Shown: piece by piece, positions 28,880 through 39,139 of the stretch
How positions within the stretch are numbered: position 1 is the first letter of the stretch
How the letters are laid out: each line of letters begins with the position of its first letter
Origin: Flavobacteriales bacterium
GTDB taxonomy: Bacteria > Bacteroidota > Bacteroidia > CAIKAF01
Assembly: GCA_044345355.1 (NCBI GenBank)
Contig: JBIJBG010000001.1
Span: forward strand, 1-62,295
Length of the DNA stretch: 62,295 bases
Direction of reading: 5' to 3'
Translations under genes and position numbers: made by a program
Notes under the pieces: model-generated
What the model was told of the DNA's origin: nothing
The model's database searches: none
The model's input: only the letters and a program-made list of their open reading frames with translations

Positions 28880-30016
28880 TTACCCTGTGCGGCGCATATA
28901 GTGGGGCATTATGCGAAGTGAAAGGGCCGTCATCAACATTTTGGCGCTTGCCTGTCGGTCTATGTGATAAAGGGCATCTTCCGTCAATTTGCGTATTTCA
29001 ATCACCGATTCGGGGGTAACCGTTTTGGCAAATTTCTCCAAAAAAACCCGCTCGGCGGAAGTGGTACGGGCCAACTTGGGGTCTCCTGCCTGAACGATGA
29101 TGCTCTCGCGGAACATGTGCATCACATACACCAAAAAACTCTTTTGTTCATCCATGGTAAATCCATGAAAATCATCAGAGAATTTAAACAACGCCGGAAG
29201 ATCGGCCCGGTAAATAGCCAACATCCACTCTCTGAAACGATTTACGCTTTGAGCGTTATCTGGCTCATTGCACAACCACATCGCCTCATTGTAGTTTCCA
29301 TCAGCAATGTTTACAATTTCCTGAGCCCTCTGCACGTCCATTCCGTGATGGTTCATAAGAGATTCCATCATGTCAAAATCAGGAATTTTGGGCAGCTTGA
29401 GCAACTGCGTCCGTGATAAAATGGTGGCCATGATGCCGTCAGGGCGGCTGCTCACCAAAAAAAACAAGGTCCGCGGGGGTGGCTCTTCCAAAATTTTTAA
29501 CAACTTGGGAATGGCTGAATGAAAGAATAACTCAGGCATCCAGACCAAACAAATTTTATAACCGCCCGAATACGATTTCATCTGCATGTAATGAACGATT
29601 TCATTCACCGTATGAACGTTTATCACGGCCAATTTATCATCCATGCCCGCGGCACGAAACCAGTCATCCGGCTCCAGATAGGGATTGGAAAGCACCGCCT
29701 TCCTAAACGGCTCGGTAAAATACCTACAGGAAATTTCTTTTTTTGTCGCATCTCCCACTTTGGCAAACGGAAAAACCAGGTGTAAATCGGGATGAACAAG
29801 TCGGGCCATCTGCCGGCAGGAGTCACAAGCTCCACAACTGTCCCCCTCCTGTTTGTCCAGACAAAGCACATATTGCGCGTAGGCCAGCGCCAGGGGAAAA
29901 TTCCCGCCGCCAGGGCGGCTTGCAATAAGCTGGGCGTGGGGAATGCGTTCTGACAAAACACCGTTTATCAACGTCGTTTTTAATTCGCGGCATCCCAATA
30001 CATCGGCAAACTTCAT
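28880..30016 (-). CDS. holB: DNA polymerase III subunit delta'
   Basis: 378-aa ORF with [14 protein letters not shown] (degenerate P-loop region), zinc module CGACDSCRQ...HPD and KILEEPP. The length and order are typical of HolB. Confidence 0.8.
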   Translation of the reverse strand: MKFADVLGCRELKTTLINGVLSERIPHAQLIASRPGGGNFPLALAYAQYVLCLDKQEGDSCGACDSCRQMARLVHPDLHLVFPFAKVGDATKKEISCRYFTEPFRKAVLSNPYLEPDDWFRAAGMDDKLAVINVHTVNEIVHYMQMKSYSGGYKICLVWMPELFFHSAIPKLLKILEEPPPRTLFFLVSSRPDGIMATILSRTQLLKLPKIPDFDMMESLMNHHGMDVQRAQEIVNIADGNYNEAMWLCNEPDNAQSVNRFREWMLAIYRADLPALFKFSDDFHGFTMDEQKSFLVYVMHMFRESIIVQAGDPKLARTTSAERVFLEKFAKTVTPESVIEIRKLTEDALYHIDRQASAKMLMTALSLRIMPHYMRRTG

Positions 30017-30046
30017 TTCCCTGCTCGGCGGTTTATATTATTTTTG
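30016..30046 (+). promoter_or_regulatory. Candidate promoter for pgk
   Basis: TTTC (30016-30019), a 19-nt spacer, then TATTTTTG (30039-30046, a perfect TAnnTTTG match). It lies 54 nt upstream of ATG 30101. Confidence 0.35.
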
Positions 30047-30100
30047 CCAAAAATACACGAAGTACCTTACTTTTTTTCGGTTTATCGTAAAGATTTGTTG

Positions 30101-31291
30101 ATGATAACCATAGATCATTTTTCGTTTGCGGGTCTCAAAACCCTGGTCAGAGTAGATTTCAATGTGCCCCTGAATGCTGAATTTCAAATTACGGATACAA
30201 CCCGTATTGATGAGGCGATGCCCACACTGAAAAAAATCCTGCAAGACGGAGGATGTTTAATTTTGATGAGCCATTTAGGCCGTCCCAAGGATGGGCCCGC
30301 AGAAAAGTATTCCCTGAAACACCTTACGGGTTATTTATCCGAAAAACTCGGCGTTCCCGTGCTTTTTTCCCTGGATTGCATCGGTGATGTTGCTGAAAAG
30401 GCAGCCGCTTCGCTAAATCCTGGCCAGGTGCTTCTGCTGGAAAACCTCCGCTTTCACAAAGAAGAAGAGATGGGAGATGCGGCATTCGCCCAGGGCTTGG
30501 CCAAACTGGCTGATATTTATGTAAACGATGCGTTCGGAACCGCCCACCGGGCCCACGCCTCTACCGCCGTAATTGCACAGTTTTTCCCCCAAAAAAAATG
30601 CTTCGGCTATCTGATGGCGAGGGAAATAGAACACATCAACCGAATAACTGCCGATCCTCAAAAACCCTTTGTTGCAATTTTGGGCGGAGCCAAGGTGTCG
30701 GACAAATTAGCCATAATCGAAAACCTGCTTCCCAAAACAGACACTCTGATTATCGGCGGAGGAATGATGTTTACATTCATCAAGGCAAAAGGCGGAAACA
30801 TAGGCAAGTCCCTTTGTGAAGAAAAAATGTTGGAAACCTGCGCACGACTGCTGAAAGAGGCGGAAGCGCGCGGAGTGAAACTATTGCTGCCGACCGATGC
30901 CGTCATTAACAATTCCTTTGCAAACGATGGCGATATCCGTACGGTAGCGTCCGACCAAATACCAGACGGGTATATGGGTTTGGATATCGGGGCGGAAAGT
31001 GTACAGGCATTCCGAGAAACGCTCGGCGAAGCTAAAACCATTTTATGGAACGGGCCCATGGGTGTGTTTGAAATGAGTTCTTTTGAAGCGGGAACCCGAA
31101 ATGTGGCTTTTGCGGTAGCCGAAGCAACGAGAGCGGGAGCTTACAGCCTGGTAGGAGGCGGAGACAGCGTGGCCGCCGTGGGAAAATATGACCTGAAAAA
31201 CCGCGTAAGTTATGTAAGCACCGGCGGTGGAGCCATGCTGGAATTTATAGAAGGAAAAGTACTGCCGGGAATTGCCGCAATAAACGGCTAA
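30101..31291 (+). CDS. pgk: Phosphoglycerate kinase
   Basis: Motifs [25 protein letters not shown] and [11 protein letters not shown] prefer ATG 30101 (MITIDHFSF) to the track start 30044. Confidence 0.95.
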   Translation: MITIDHFSFAGLKTLVRVDFNVPLNAEFQITDTTRIDEAMPTLKKILQDGGCLILMSHLGRPKDGPAEKYSLKHLTGYLSEKLGVPVLFSLDCIGDVAEKAAASLNPGQVLLLENLRFHKEEEMGDAAFAQGLAKLADIYVNDAFGTAHRAHASTAVIAQFFPQKKCFGYLMAREIEHINRITADPQKPFVAILGGAKVSDKLAIIENLLPKTDTLIIGGGMMFTFIKAKGGNIGKSLCEEKMLETCARLLKEAEARGVKLLLPTDAVINNSFANDGDIRTVASDQIPDGYMGLDIGAESVQAFRETLGEAKTILWNGPMGVFEMSSFEAGTRNVAFAVAEATRAGAYSLVGGGDSVAAVGKYDLKNRVSYVSTGGGAMLEFIEGKVLPGIAAING

Positions 31292-31333
31292 ACCGTATCG
31301 GTATGCAGAATCAAGATGGTATAAAAATCTCTT

Positions 31334-31359
31334 GATACCTGGTACCTGATACCTGATAC
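31334..31359. repeat. Tandem heptamer GRTACCT x3.7
   Basis: GATACCT GGTACCT GATACCT GATAC, read directly. It ends 7 nt before ATG 31367. Confidence 0.9.
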
Positions 31360-31366
31360 AAAAACA

Positions 31367-31705
31367 ATGAAACGTAACCAGGAATTAAATCTCCGTTGGG
31401 CCGAATTGGTAAAAAAGCTGAACCTCTGGTTTGATCAGGACTTTGAATTGGAGGGCATCCTTTTTATGATTGGTTTGCAGGAGTTGAACCAATTCGGTAA
31501 AAAACTCAATAAAGACCAAAAAATGGATGTCATGCATGTGGCCGTATGCACACTGCTTTCCCAATACGGATACTACACATTCATCGGTCGCGACGAAGAA
31601 GGATGGCCTCATTTCGAAGCCACCGATTTGCTTCCGCATTTAAAACCCGTGCAACAACACCTCCTGATGAAAGAAGCTATTCTGGAATACCTGGAGGGGT
31701 TTTAA
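31367..31705 (+). CDS. Conserved hypothetical protein
   Basis: 112-aa ORF with coding-like composition and no recognisable motif. Confidence 0.5.
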   Translation: MKRNQELNLRWAELVKKLNLWFDQDFELEGILFMIGLQELNQFGKKLNKDQKMDVMHVAVCTLLSQYGYYTFIGRDEEGWPHFEATDLLPHLKPVQQHLLMKEAILEYLEGF

Positions 31706-31808
31706 TAAGAAACTACGGATTTTTTTACGAAAGTCAACACGTGTTTTATGCACCGGTGCTGAATATCAGTGAAAACCCATACCTTCGCATCCCTTTTCAA
31801 AAGCGTAG

Positions 31809-32963
31809 ATGAACCGAAATTCAAACCCCAAAAAAACAGGACGGCTCGGAAAAAACGAGACAGAAAAATCTGGTTCCGTCAAAGCGGCAACCGTCAAATC
31901 TTCCAGGCCAACCAAATCGGCTTCTCCACAATACAGAGAGGATAAAATGAAAAAAAGCGGGAATCGGTCCCCGCAAAAGAGAGTTTCGACATCCGAAAAT
32001 CCTTACCCGTCCAATACGGGAAGTGGCTTCCGTCCAGAGAAAAAAGGAAAAGAAAAATCGTATGAAAAGACGAATAAAAAAGCTGGTTTAAATAGGTCAG
32101 ACAAGCCCAAAATAGAAAGATCCGGCACGGATAGTAGAGAAAAAAACAGATTTCCAGATCGTTTCAAAAAAAACACCCCATATAAACGCGCAGATTGGAA
32201 AACGGGAAAACGGGAAAAAAAATCGGCTACGGAACCCAAAATGGGGGACGGAAGTACACGCCTGAATAAATACATTTCCAATGCAGGTATCTGTTCCCGC
32301 CGTGAAGCAGATGTATTTATAGAAAACGGGGTTGTGACGGTAAATGGGAAATTGGTTGACCTGGTCGGATACAAAGTACAACCAGGGGATACCGTAAAAT
32401 TTGACGGCCGGGCCATTATTCCGGAAAAACCGATGTACTTGTTGCTGAATAAGCCCAAAGATTACATCACCACTTCCGAAGACCCCCAGGGGCGACGTAC
32501 GGTAATGGCTTTAATCCGCGATGCCTGCAAGGAACGCGTTTTTCCGGTAGGACGGCTAGACCGCAATACCACCGGTCTTCTTCTTTTTACGAATGACGGG
32601 GAAATGGCCGATAAACTTATGCACCCAAAAAAACGGATAAAGAAAATTTATGCCGTGGAATTGGACAAAAACCTTAAAGCGGACCACCTCCACCAAATTC
32701 GCGAGGGCGTGCAGTTGGAAGACGGCTTTATAAAGCCGGACGCCGTGGATTATTCCAATTCGCCGAATGGCACCAAAAAAATTATCGGCATTGAAATTCA
32801 CAGCGGAAGAAACCGAATCGTGCGCAGAATATTCGAACATTTGGGGTACACTGTTCTTAAACTGGATCGAGTTTACTTTGCCGGTCTAACCAAAAAGAAT
32901 CTTCCGCGGGGAAAATACCGCTTATTGGAGCCTATGGAAATCAGCATGCTAAAAATGCTGTAG
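31809..32963 (+). CDS. rluB: 23S rRNA pseudouridine synthase RluB-type (S4 domain + RsuA/RluB catalytic domain) with ~145-aa basic N-terminal extension
   Basis: S4 domain RLNKYISNAGICSRREAD. Catalytic motif VGRLDRNTTGLLLFTNDGE. The extension is K/R/S-rich; an alternative start is the Met in MGDGSTRLNKY (~32243). Confidence 0.82.
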   Translation: MNRNSNPKKTGRLGKNETEKSGSVKAATVKSSRPTKSASPQYREDKMKKSGNRSPQKRVSTSENPYPSNTGSGFRPEKKGKEKSYEKTNKKAGLNRSDKPKIERSGTDSREKNRFPDRFKKNTPYKRADWKTGKREKKSATEPKMGDGSTRLNKYISNAGICSRREADVFIENGVVTVNGKLVDLVGYKVQPGDTVKFDGRAIIPEKPMYLLLNKPKDYITTSEDPQGRRTVMALIRDACKERVFPVGRLDRNTTGLLLFTNDGEMADKLMHPKKRIKKIYAVELDKNLKADHLHQIREGVQLEDGFIKPDAVDYSNSPNGTKKIIGIEIHSGRNRIVRRIFEHLGYTVLKLDRVYFAGLTKKNLPRGKYRLLEPMEISMLKML

Positions 32964-33033
32964 TCGGAAGCGTCGTTCTATTTCCTTATTTTTGCGAAAT
33001 ACGGCTTTTCAAGAGTCGTAAATACAGGATTAT

Positions 33034-34578
33034 ATGGCACTATTGGGCAGCATACTAAAGCGGGCAATCTACCTGAACAAAACGGTAACCAAGGTGCGTA
33101 AAAAACCGTCCGCGGGAAAACAGCAGACAAAAACACTGATTAAACTACTGGCCAAATCACAATATACCGCATTTGGCACGTTTTATGGTTTTTCCAAAAT
33201 CCTTCAGCACGAAAATCCGATTCGGGAATTTCAACAAAAAATACCCGTTTTCGATTACAACAAACTGTATTCCGCCTGGTGGCACAAAACGCTGGAAGGA
33301 AATGAGGACATTTGCTGGCCGGGAAAAATAACCTACTTTGCCCTGAGTTCGGGAACATCAGAAAGTGCGTCAAAACGGATTCCCATTACCCGGGATTTGC
33401 TGAGACAAAATACCCGCACCAGCATGAGACAGATCATGACACTGTCCCATTATGATCTCCCGGTTGATTTTTTTGAAAAAGGAATTCTTATGCTGGGCGG
33501 TTCAACCGATTTGGTAAATCAGGGTCACTATTTTGAAGGAGACCTTAGCGGGATTTCCCAGGCAAAAATTCCCACCTGGTTTCACCCTTTTTACAAACCG
33601 GGAAAAGACATTGCCCGTGAAAGAGACTGGAACCATAAAATAGATCGGGTGGTAGAAAAAGCCAAAGATTGGGATATCGGAGTAATTGTGGGTGTTCCGG
33701 CCTGGATTCAGCTTACACTGGAAAGGGTTATTTCCCATTATAACCTAAATCATATTCATGAAATTTGGCCCAATCTTCAGGTCTATACACATGGAGGCGT
33801 TTCTTTTGAACCCTACAAAAAAGGATTTGAAAAACTGTTGGGTAAGCCTATTCACTACATTGAAACCTATCTGGCTTCGGAAGGCTTTATCGCCTACCAA
33901 AGCCGGCGCGAAAATAAAGGCATGGAACTGGTGTTGGATAATGGGATTTTTTTAGAGTTTATCCCCTTTACCTCACAAAATTTTGATGAAGATGGAAATG
34001 TAACCGAAAAGCCGGAAACTCTCTGGATGGATGAGGTGAAAGAAGGCGAAGAATATGCCTTGCTGCTGAGTACCTGCGCCGGAACCTGGCGTTACCTGAT
34101 CGGCGATACCATAAAATTCACCGATCTTCCCAACCGGGAAATCGTGATTACCGGGCGCACAAAACACTTCTTGAGTCTTTGCGGGGAACATCTTTCGGTA
34201 GATAATATGAATATGGCCGTTCGGGCGGTTGGTGAAAAATTGAATGCCCCCATCAAAGAATTTACTGTGGCTGGGGTCGCCGACGGATCTCTTTTTGCGC
34301 ATAAATGGTTCGTCGGCTGTGATGATTTTGTAGAACCGGGCCGGCTCTCTCAAGAATTGGATAATGCATTGTGCACAATAAACGATGATTACGCCGTGGA
34401 GCGATTGCATGCCCTAAAAAATATCTATTTGGAAGTTGTTCCTTCTTCGTGGTTTTATGAATGGTTGGAACGAAACGGGCGTATCGGATCACAAAGCAAA
34501 TTTCCGCGGGTGCTCAAAGGTGAGCGGTTTCATCTCTGGGAGCAATTTCTACATGAAAAACGAAACGTGACGGGGTGA
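33034..34578 (+). CDS. GH3 family (acyl-acid amido synthetase-like, adenylate-forming) protein
   Basis: 514-aa ORF. Reads FALSSGTSESASKRIPIT (P-loop-like AMP motif), YLASEGFIAYQ and GEEYALLLST..GTWRYLIGD. This matches my memory of bacterial 'GH3 auxin-responsive promoter' family proteins. Confidence 0.8.
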   Translation: MALLGSILKRAIYLNKTVTKVRKKPSAGKQQTKTLIKLLAKSQYTAFGTFYGFSKILQHENPIREFQQKIPVFDYNKLYSAWWHKTLEGNEDICWPGKITYFALSSGTSESASKRIPITRDLLRQNTRTSMRQIMTLSHYDLPVDFFEKGILMLGGSTDLVNQGHYFEGDLSGISQAKIPTWFHPFYKPGKDIARERDWNHKIDRVVEKAKDWDIGVIVGVPAWIQLTLERVISHYNLNHIHEIWPNLQVYTHGGVSFEPYKKGFEKLLGKPIHYIETYLASEGFIAYQSRRENKGMELVLDNGIFLEFIPFTSQNFDEDGNVTEKPETLWMDEVKEGEEYALLLSTCAGTWRYLIGDTIKFTDLPNREIVITGRTKHFLSLCGEHLSVDNMNMAVRAVGEKLNAPIKEFTVAGVADGSLFAHKWFVGCDDFVEPGRLSQELDNALCTINDDYAVERLHALKNIYLEVVPSSWFYEWLERNGRIGSQSKFPRVLKGERFHLWEQFLHEKRNVTG

Positions 34579-35213
34579 TGGAACAGGCTGTGCTCAACGG
34601 ACTTTTTCTCGGTTTACTGCTCAGTGTGCTGGTGGGGCCCGTTTTTTTTCTTCTTATTGAAGTGAGCCTTCGGGAGGGTTTCCGGTCGGCCCTCTTTTTA
34701 GATGTCGGTATTATCCTAAGTGATGGTTTTTGCATTTTAATTGCCTATTTCGGCATGGCCGCTCTTTTGGAAAACCCAAAAAACAAGCTGATTTTCATTC
34801 TAATCGGTAGTATTATCCTGGTTATTATGGGCGCGGTAAAAATCTTTCCTCTTAGAAAAACACCCGGCGGTGCCGGTGTAAAAAAGGTGGAAATAAATCA
34901 GTCAAATGCCTTTTGGCTGGTCTTTCAAGGTTTTCTCTATAATATATTAAACCCCTCCGTCATCATTTTTTGGATCACTACGGTGGGTGCAGCTGTCGCG
35001 CTTTACGGCGATAAAAAAGAGCTGATAGGAGCCCAATTTGCGACAACCCTCTCGTTCGTTTTTTTCGTCGATATTTTAAAAGCATGGTTTGCCAAAAAAA
35101 TGCGTCATGTTATAAACCCCCAAATGCTGCGTAGGGCTAATGTTGTGGTTGGTGTCGCGTTTATTCTTTTTGGTCTGCTGCTTGTTTTCCGTGCACTTTC
35201 TGGAAAATTGTAA
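34575..35213 (+). CDS. LysE family amino-acid/metabolite exporter
   Basis: 212-aa ORF with six hydrophobic segments. The N-terminal FLGLLLSVLVGPVFF and NPSVIIFW motifs are typical of LysE/RhtB. The start (GTG 34575 or ATG 34578) overlaps the GH3 stop. Confidence 0.78.
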   Translation: MMEQAVLNGLFLGLLLSVLVGPVFFLLIEVSLREGFRSALFLDVGIILSDGFCILIAYFGMAALLENPKNKLIFILIGSIILVIMGAVKIFPLRKTPGGAGVKKVEINQSNAFWLVFQGFLYNILNPSVIIFWITTVGAAVALYGDKKELIGAQFATTLSFVFFVDILKAWFAKKMRHVINPQMLRRANVVVGVAFILFGLLLVFRALSGKL

Positions 35214-35219
35214 CCATTA

Positions 35220-35759
35220 ATGAAACAATTATCTTTAGAAGATCTGGGAAGAAAAAGCCCCGAAGAATTTGCAAAATCGCCCAAGCTCAGGGTGGCCATT
35301 GTGTGCGACAACCTCCGCAGCGCACATAATGTCGGTGCTCTTTTTCGCACCGCCGACGGTTTCGAAATAATGCATATCCACCTTTGCGGAATTACCGTTA
35401 CCCCGCCCAACAATGAAATTCATAAATCCGCCCTGGGCGCTGAATATACGGTTCCCTGGACCTATTGGGAAAAAACGATTTCCTGCGTCAGTTTTTTAAA
35501 AAACAATGATTATCAAATCGTCGCACTTGAACAAACCGACTGTTCCCTATTACTTCCCAAACTCCCCAATTTTGATGAAAAACCGATAGCTTTAGTTGTT
35601 GGAAACGAAGTAAAGGGAATTGCCGCGGAGGTTTTGAACACCTGTAATGCGGCAATAGAAATCCCCATGAGGGGAACCAAACACTCCCTCAATGTTTCCG
35701 TTGCCGCCGGTATCACCTTGTGGGAGCTCTTTAAAAAACTTTCGTCACCGGGCGGCTAA
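35220..35759 (+). CDS. TrmH/SpoU family RNA 2'-O-methyltransferase
   Basis: Motifs VCDNLRSAHNVGALFRTADGF, ALVVGNEVKGI and IPMRGTKHSLNVSVAAGI (SPOUT knot). Confidence 0.85.
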   Translation: MKQLSLEDLGRKSPEEFAKSPKLRVAIVCDNLRSAHNVGALFRTADGFEIMHIHLCGITVTPPNNEIHKSALGAEYTVPWTYWEKTISCVSFLKNNDYQIVALEQTDCSLLLPKLPNFDEKPIALVVGNEVKGIAAEVLNTCNAAIEIPMRGTKHSLNVSVAAGITLWELFKKLSSPGG

Positions 35760-35764
35760 AAAAA

Positions 35765-35801
35765 GACTGCCGCCTTTCACATCCTGTGAAAAACGGCAGT
35801 C
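35765..35801 (+). terminator. Hairpin downstream of the TrmH-family gene
   Basis: GACTGCCG...CGGCAGTC outer stem with a nested TTCACA/TGTGAA stem. It starts 6 nt after the stop and has no clear T-tract. Confidence 0.45.
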
Positions 35802-36079
35802 GCCCCATGCACGCTTGAAATTACTTTACTTTTTGCTTTCCGGTTTGGCATTACTGCTTCGCCTTAAAGACATGACAAAGGTGCATGGCTTTTTTTCCTA
35901 AAAAGTCCAGATACCAAAACAAGCCGGTATTGTTTGTACAAACCGCCAAGTTTGTACTTTTAGTGTGTTGATTTTTAATTAACTGATATAAAAACACGGG
36001 GTGTCAGCTTCTCAAAAAAAGAGAAAGACGTTTGAAAAAAAGAGAGGTTTGAACTACTAAAACGGGCAAATGAAGCACC

Positions 36080-36718
36080 CTATAACTTAAAAAAGGGGTT
36101 CTGCCTTTTCTCAGTTCCTATGTTCGTTACTGGTCCGTGCCCACTGAAGACGACAAAGTCATCCGGAAGAGAAAACAACTGATTGCGGACAGACTCCAAT
36201 AAAACATCCATGTTGCCGCCGGGTAAATCCGTTCTGCCAACCGATCCGGAGAACAAAACATCACCCGAAAAAACGGACCGGGAATCCAGATGAATAAAAC
36301 TGATACTTCCGGGACTGTGTCCGGGAGTGAAGCGAACCTCCAAAGTGCTGTTTCCAAAAGAAAAAGCATCTCCATGACTCATAAAGCCCTCCGGCATTGG
36401 CGGTTCGGCAACGGAGACCCCATACATCTTTCCTATATCGGAGGCGCGTTGCAATAAGAATAAATCGTCTTTATGCATCAAAACACCCACCCCGAAAGAT
36501 TTCGCAACAAAATCACAACCCAATACATGGTCTATATGAGCGTGAGTCAACAAAATCTTTTTCACGGTAAGCTTATTGTCCAAAATAAAATTTTGCAGCT
36601 CTTTCTCCTCTTCGGGAAAAGCACAGCCCGGATCAACCAAAACAGCCTCTCCCGTTTCGTCATACAGAACATACGTGTTTTCAGAAAACGGATTAAACGT
36701 AAATGCGCGAATCTGCAT
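36080..36718 (-). CDS. MBL-fold metallo-hydrolase (glyoxalase II-like)
   Basis: THAHIDH metal motif, TPGHSPGS and GDVLF..SVGRTD. I prefer ATG 36718 (MQIRAFTFNPF). Confidence 0.88.
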   Translation of the reverse strand: MQIRAFTFNPFSENTYVLYDETGEAVLVDPGCAFPEEEKELQNFILDNKLTVKKILLTHAHIDHVLGCDFVAKSFGVGVLMHKDDLFLLQRASDIGKMYGVSVAEPPMPEGFMSHGDAFSFGNSTLEVRFTPGHSPGSISFIHLDSRSVFSGDVLFSGSVGRTDLPGGNMDVLLESVRNQLFSLPDDFVVFSGHGPVTNIGTEKRQNPFFKL

Positions 36719-36792
36719 ATCCTTAAATAATTTTGAACAAAGATAGGGCCTGACCCTATATTGGTTTCCGTACATTTACACCCTGTTTAATT

Positions 36793-37173
36793 ATGAAAAA
36801 AATGGATCTTACCTCCTTCCTAACATTAGCGCTGATCGGCGTAGGCGCCGGATTTTTAAGTGGATTCATGGGTGTTGGCGGAGGCATCGTTATTGTGCCG
36901 GCGCTCATCTTTTTTTTGGGCCTATCACAACATTTGGCTCAGGGAACAAGCATTGCGGCCATCATGCTTTTGCCGGTCGGCCTGTTGTCGGTTTTAAATT
37001 ATTACAAAGCAGGAAATGTCAATTTTGCCTATTCTGCAGTTATCGCCACCTTTTTTTTGGCGGGCAGTTATATTTCCTCTAGGTGGGTACAGGGCATTGA
37101 TGCCGGTATGCTTAAAAAAACCTTTGCAGCCATATTGGTATTGGTCGCTTTAAAAATGTGGTTCAGCAAATGA
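36793..37173 (+). CDS. TauE/SafE family small membrane transporter
   Basis: 126-aa ORF with four hydrophobic segments. GAGFLSGFMGVGGGIVIVPAL is typical of the family. Confidence 0.72.
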   Translation: MKKMDLTSFLTLALIGVGAGFLSGFMGVGGGIVIVPALIFFLGLSQHLAQGTSIAAIMLLPVGLLSVLNYYKAGNVNFAYSAVIATFFLAGSYISSRWVQGIDAGMLKKTFAAILVLVALKMWFSK

Positions 37174-38348
37174 CACTTTCTCTCTCCAACAGCTGGCTTG
37201 ATGAAGCAAATGACATTCTCCCCGAATTAATTGCGCTGCGCAGGCATTTACACGCCTATCCGGAATTATCTTTTCAGGAAGAACAAACAGCTGCGTTTAT
37301 TTCCCAAACCCTATCCTCCTGGGAAATAAAACATCAAACCGGTTTTGCCGGTTTTGGCATTACGGGCGTTTTGGAAGCCGAATCTCCCGGACCGGTGATT
37401 GCTTTGCGGGCCGACATGGACGCCCTGCCCATTAAAGAAAGCAATTCCGTTCCCTACAAATCAACCAGAGAGGGGGTAATGCATGCCTGTGGTCATGACG
37501 TACACACCACCTGTTTGTTAGGCGCATTACGCATTTTGCAAAAAAACCGGAATCTGTGGCAGGGAAAAGTGCAGTTTGTTTTTCAACCTGGGGAAGAGGT
37601 GCTTCCCGGGGGGGCTTCGCTGATGATTAAAGAGGGTTTGTTAGATCTTTGGAAGCCGGAAGCCATTTTCGGACTGCACGTATTTAATCCGCTTCAGGTA
37701 GGAACGGCCGGATTTTGTCCGGGAAAATATATGGCCTCTTCAGATGAAATTTATATCACCATAAAAGGCAAGGGCGGACACGGCGCCACACCCGAAGAGG
37801 TTATAGATCCCGTTCCTGTCTCTGCACAGATAATTACAGCCCTGCAAACATTGATTTCCCGTTCTGCAAAACCCACGGTTCCAAGCGTATTAACCATCGG
37901 AAAAGTAATCGCTGACGGCGCCACCAACATCATTCCATCCGAAGTATACCTGGAAGGTACTTTTCGCACTATGGATGAATCATGGAGGGCTACGGCACAT
38001 GAGAAAATTGAACATATGTGCCGGGATATCGCCGGCTCTTTCGGAGCAACCTGCGTTGTAAAAATTGTCCGTGGCTATCCCTGCCTGTTTAATGACATCG
38101 CCCTGACGAACCGGGCTGCAGAAAAAGCAAAAAAGCTTCTGGGTGAAAACAATGTAAAACAACTGGATGTGCGAATGGCTTCAGAGGATTTTGCTTATTA
38201 TTCTCAACATATTCCGGCCTGCTTTTTCAGGCTGGGTACCGGAAATCCGGAAAAGGGAATAATCGCACCGGTACACCGAAGTGATTTTGATGTGGATGAA
38301 CAAAGCCTGGCGTACGGTGCCGCACTTCTGGCCAGCATGGCCGGATGA
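37170..38348 (+). CDS. M20/M20D family amidohydrolase (N-acyl-amino-acid hydrolase-like)
   Basis: Motifs HAYPELSFQE, ALRADMDALP, MHACGHDVH and FQPGEE. ATG 37170 overlaps the upstream stop (ATGA). Confidence 0.88.
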   Translation: MTLSLSNSWLDEANDILPELIALRRHLHAYPELSFQEEQTAAFISQTLSSWEIKHQTGFAGFGITGVLEAESPGPVIALRADMDALPIKESNSVPYKSTREGVMHACGHDVHTTCLLGALRILQKNRNLWQGKVQFVFQPGEEVLPGGASLMIKEGLLDLWKPEAIFGLHVFNPLQVGTAGFCPGKYMASSDEIYITIKGKGGHGATPEEVIDPVPVSAQIITALQTLISRSAKPTVPSVLTIGKVIADGATNIIPSEVYLEGTFRTMDESWRATAHEKIEHMCRDIAGSFGATCVVKIVRGYPCLFNDIALTNRAAEKAKKLLGENNVKQLDVRMASEDFAYYSQHIPACFFRLGTGNPEKGIIAPVHRSDFDVDEQSLAYGAALLASMAG

Positions 38349-38360
38349 TTCCTTTTTAGA

Positions 38361-39113
38361 TTATCTCTTTTTTACGTCTTCAAAAGCTTCCTCATAATCT
38401 TTCCTGACCGTACCCATGAGCCTGTCCCAAAACAAAAAATACAATCCATAATTGTCCCGAGCCAGCCGGTGGTGCTGATTATGGCTCACCGATGTGTTTA
38501 CCCACCGGCCCAAAACGGAGCGGGCAAATCGCCTGGGATAAAGCTCCCACCCCAGATGGCCGTATACATTATACACGATGGAAAAGAAAAAAAATAGAAA
38601 AAAATGAAGTTTGTGTACCGGAATGGTAAATAAAAAAAGAACAAAAATCCCCACTTCCACAAAGGCTTCCAAGGGGTGAAAGGCATAAGCCGCCCAAGGA
38701 GAGGGATTAACAGAAAGGTGATGTACCCGATGAAAATATGAATACAGGGCGGGGTGATGCATCAGACGATGGGTCCAATAAAAATAGGTATCATGCATAA
38801 TCAACATCACCGGAAACGCGGCCCAAAACCAAACCATGCCGTATTCATGAATGTCTGTATAAAATGTGGTGTAAACCCGTACGGACTCTTTGGTCAAAAA
38901 AAACAACGGTACGAGCGCAAAAAGAGAAATGGTAAACAAAGAAAACCCGACCTCCCGCAAAAGATCTTTTGTTTTTGGATTCCTTGCCTGTATTTTTTTA
39001 CTTTTTATCCATCGAAAAAGCACCAGATAAAAAAGGAGATAAGCTACACCGGCAACGAGAAAATAGCGGCTTCCTATTTTCTCCCAAATTGCTAAATAAG
39101 CCGAAAAATCCAT
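38361..39113 (-). CDS. Fatty acid hydroxylase / sterol desaturase family membrane protein
   Basis: Histidine boxes HRLMHH, HRVHH and HNQHH, with several transmembrane segments. Confidence 0.85.
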   Translation of the reverse strand: MDFSAYLAIWEKIGSRYFLVAGVAYLLFYLVLFRWIKSKKIQARNPKTKDLLREVGFSLFTISLFALVPLFFLTKESVRVYTTFYTDIHEYGMVWFWAAFPVMLIMHDTYFYWTHRLMHHPALYSYFHRVHHLSVNPSPWAAYAFHPLEAFVEVGIFVLFLFTIPVHKLHFFLFFFFSIVYNVYGHLGWELYPRRFARSVLGRWVNTSVSHNQHHRLARDNYGLYFLFWDRLMGTVRKDYEEAFEDVKKR

Positions 39114-39139
39114 GAGTTCAAATATATAACCGTTTCTGT

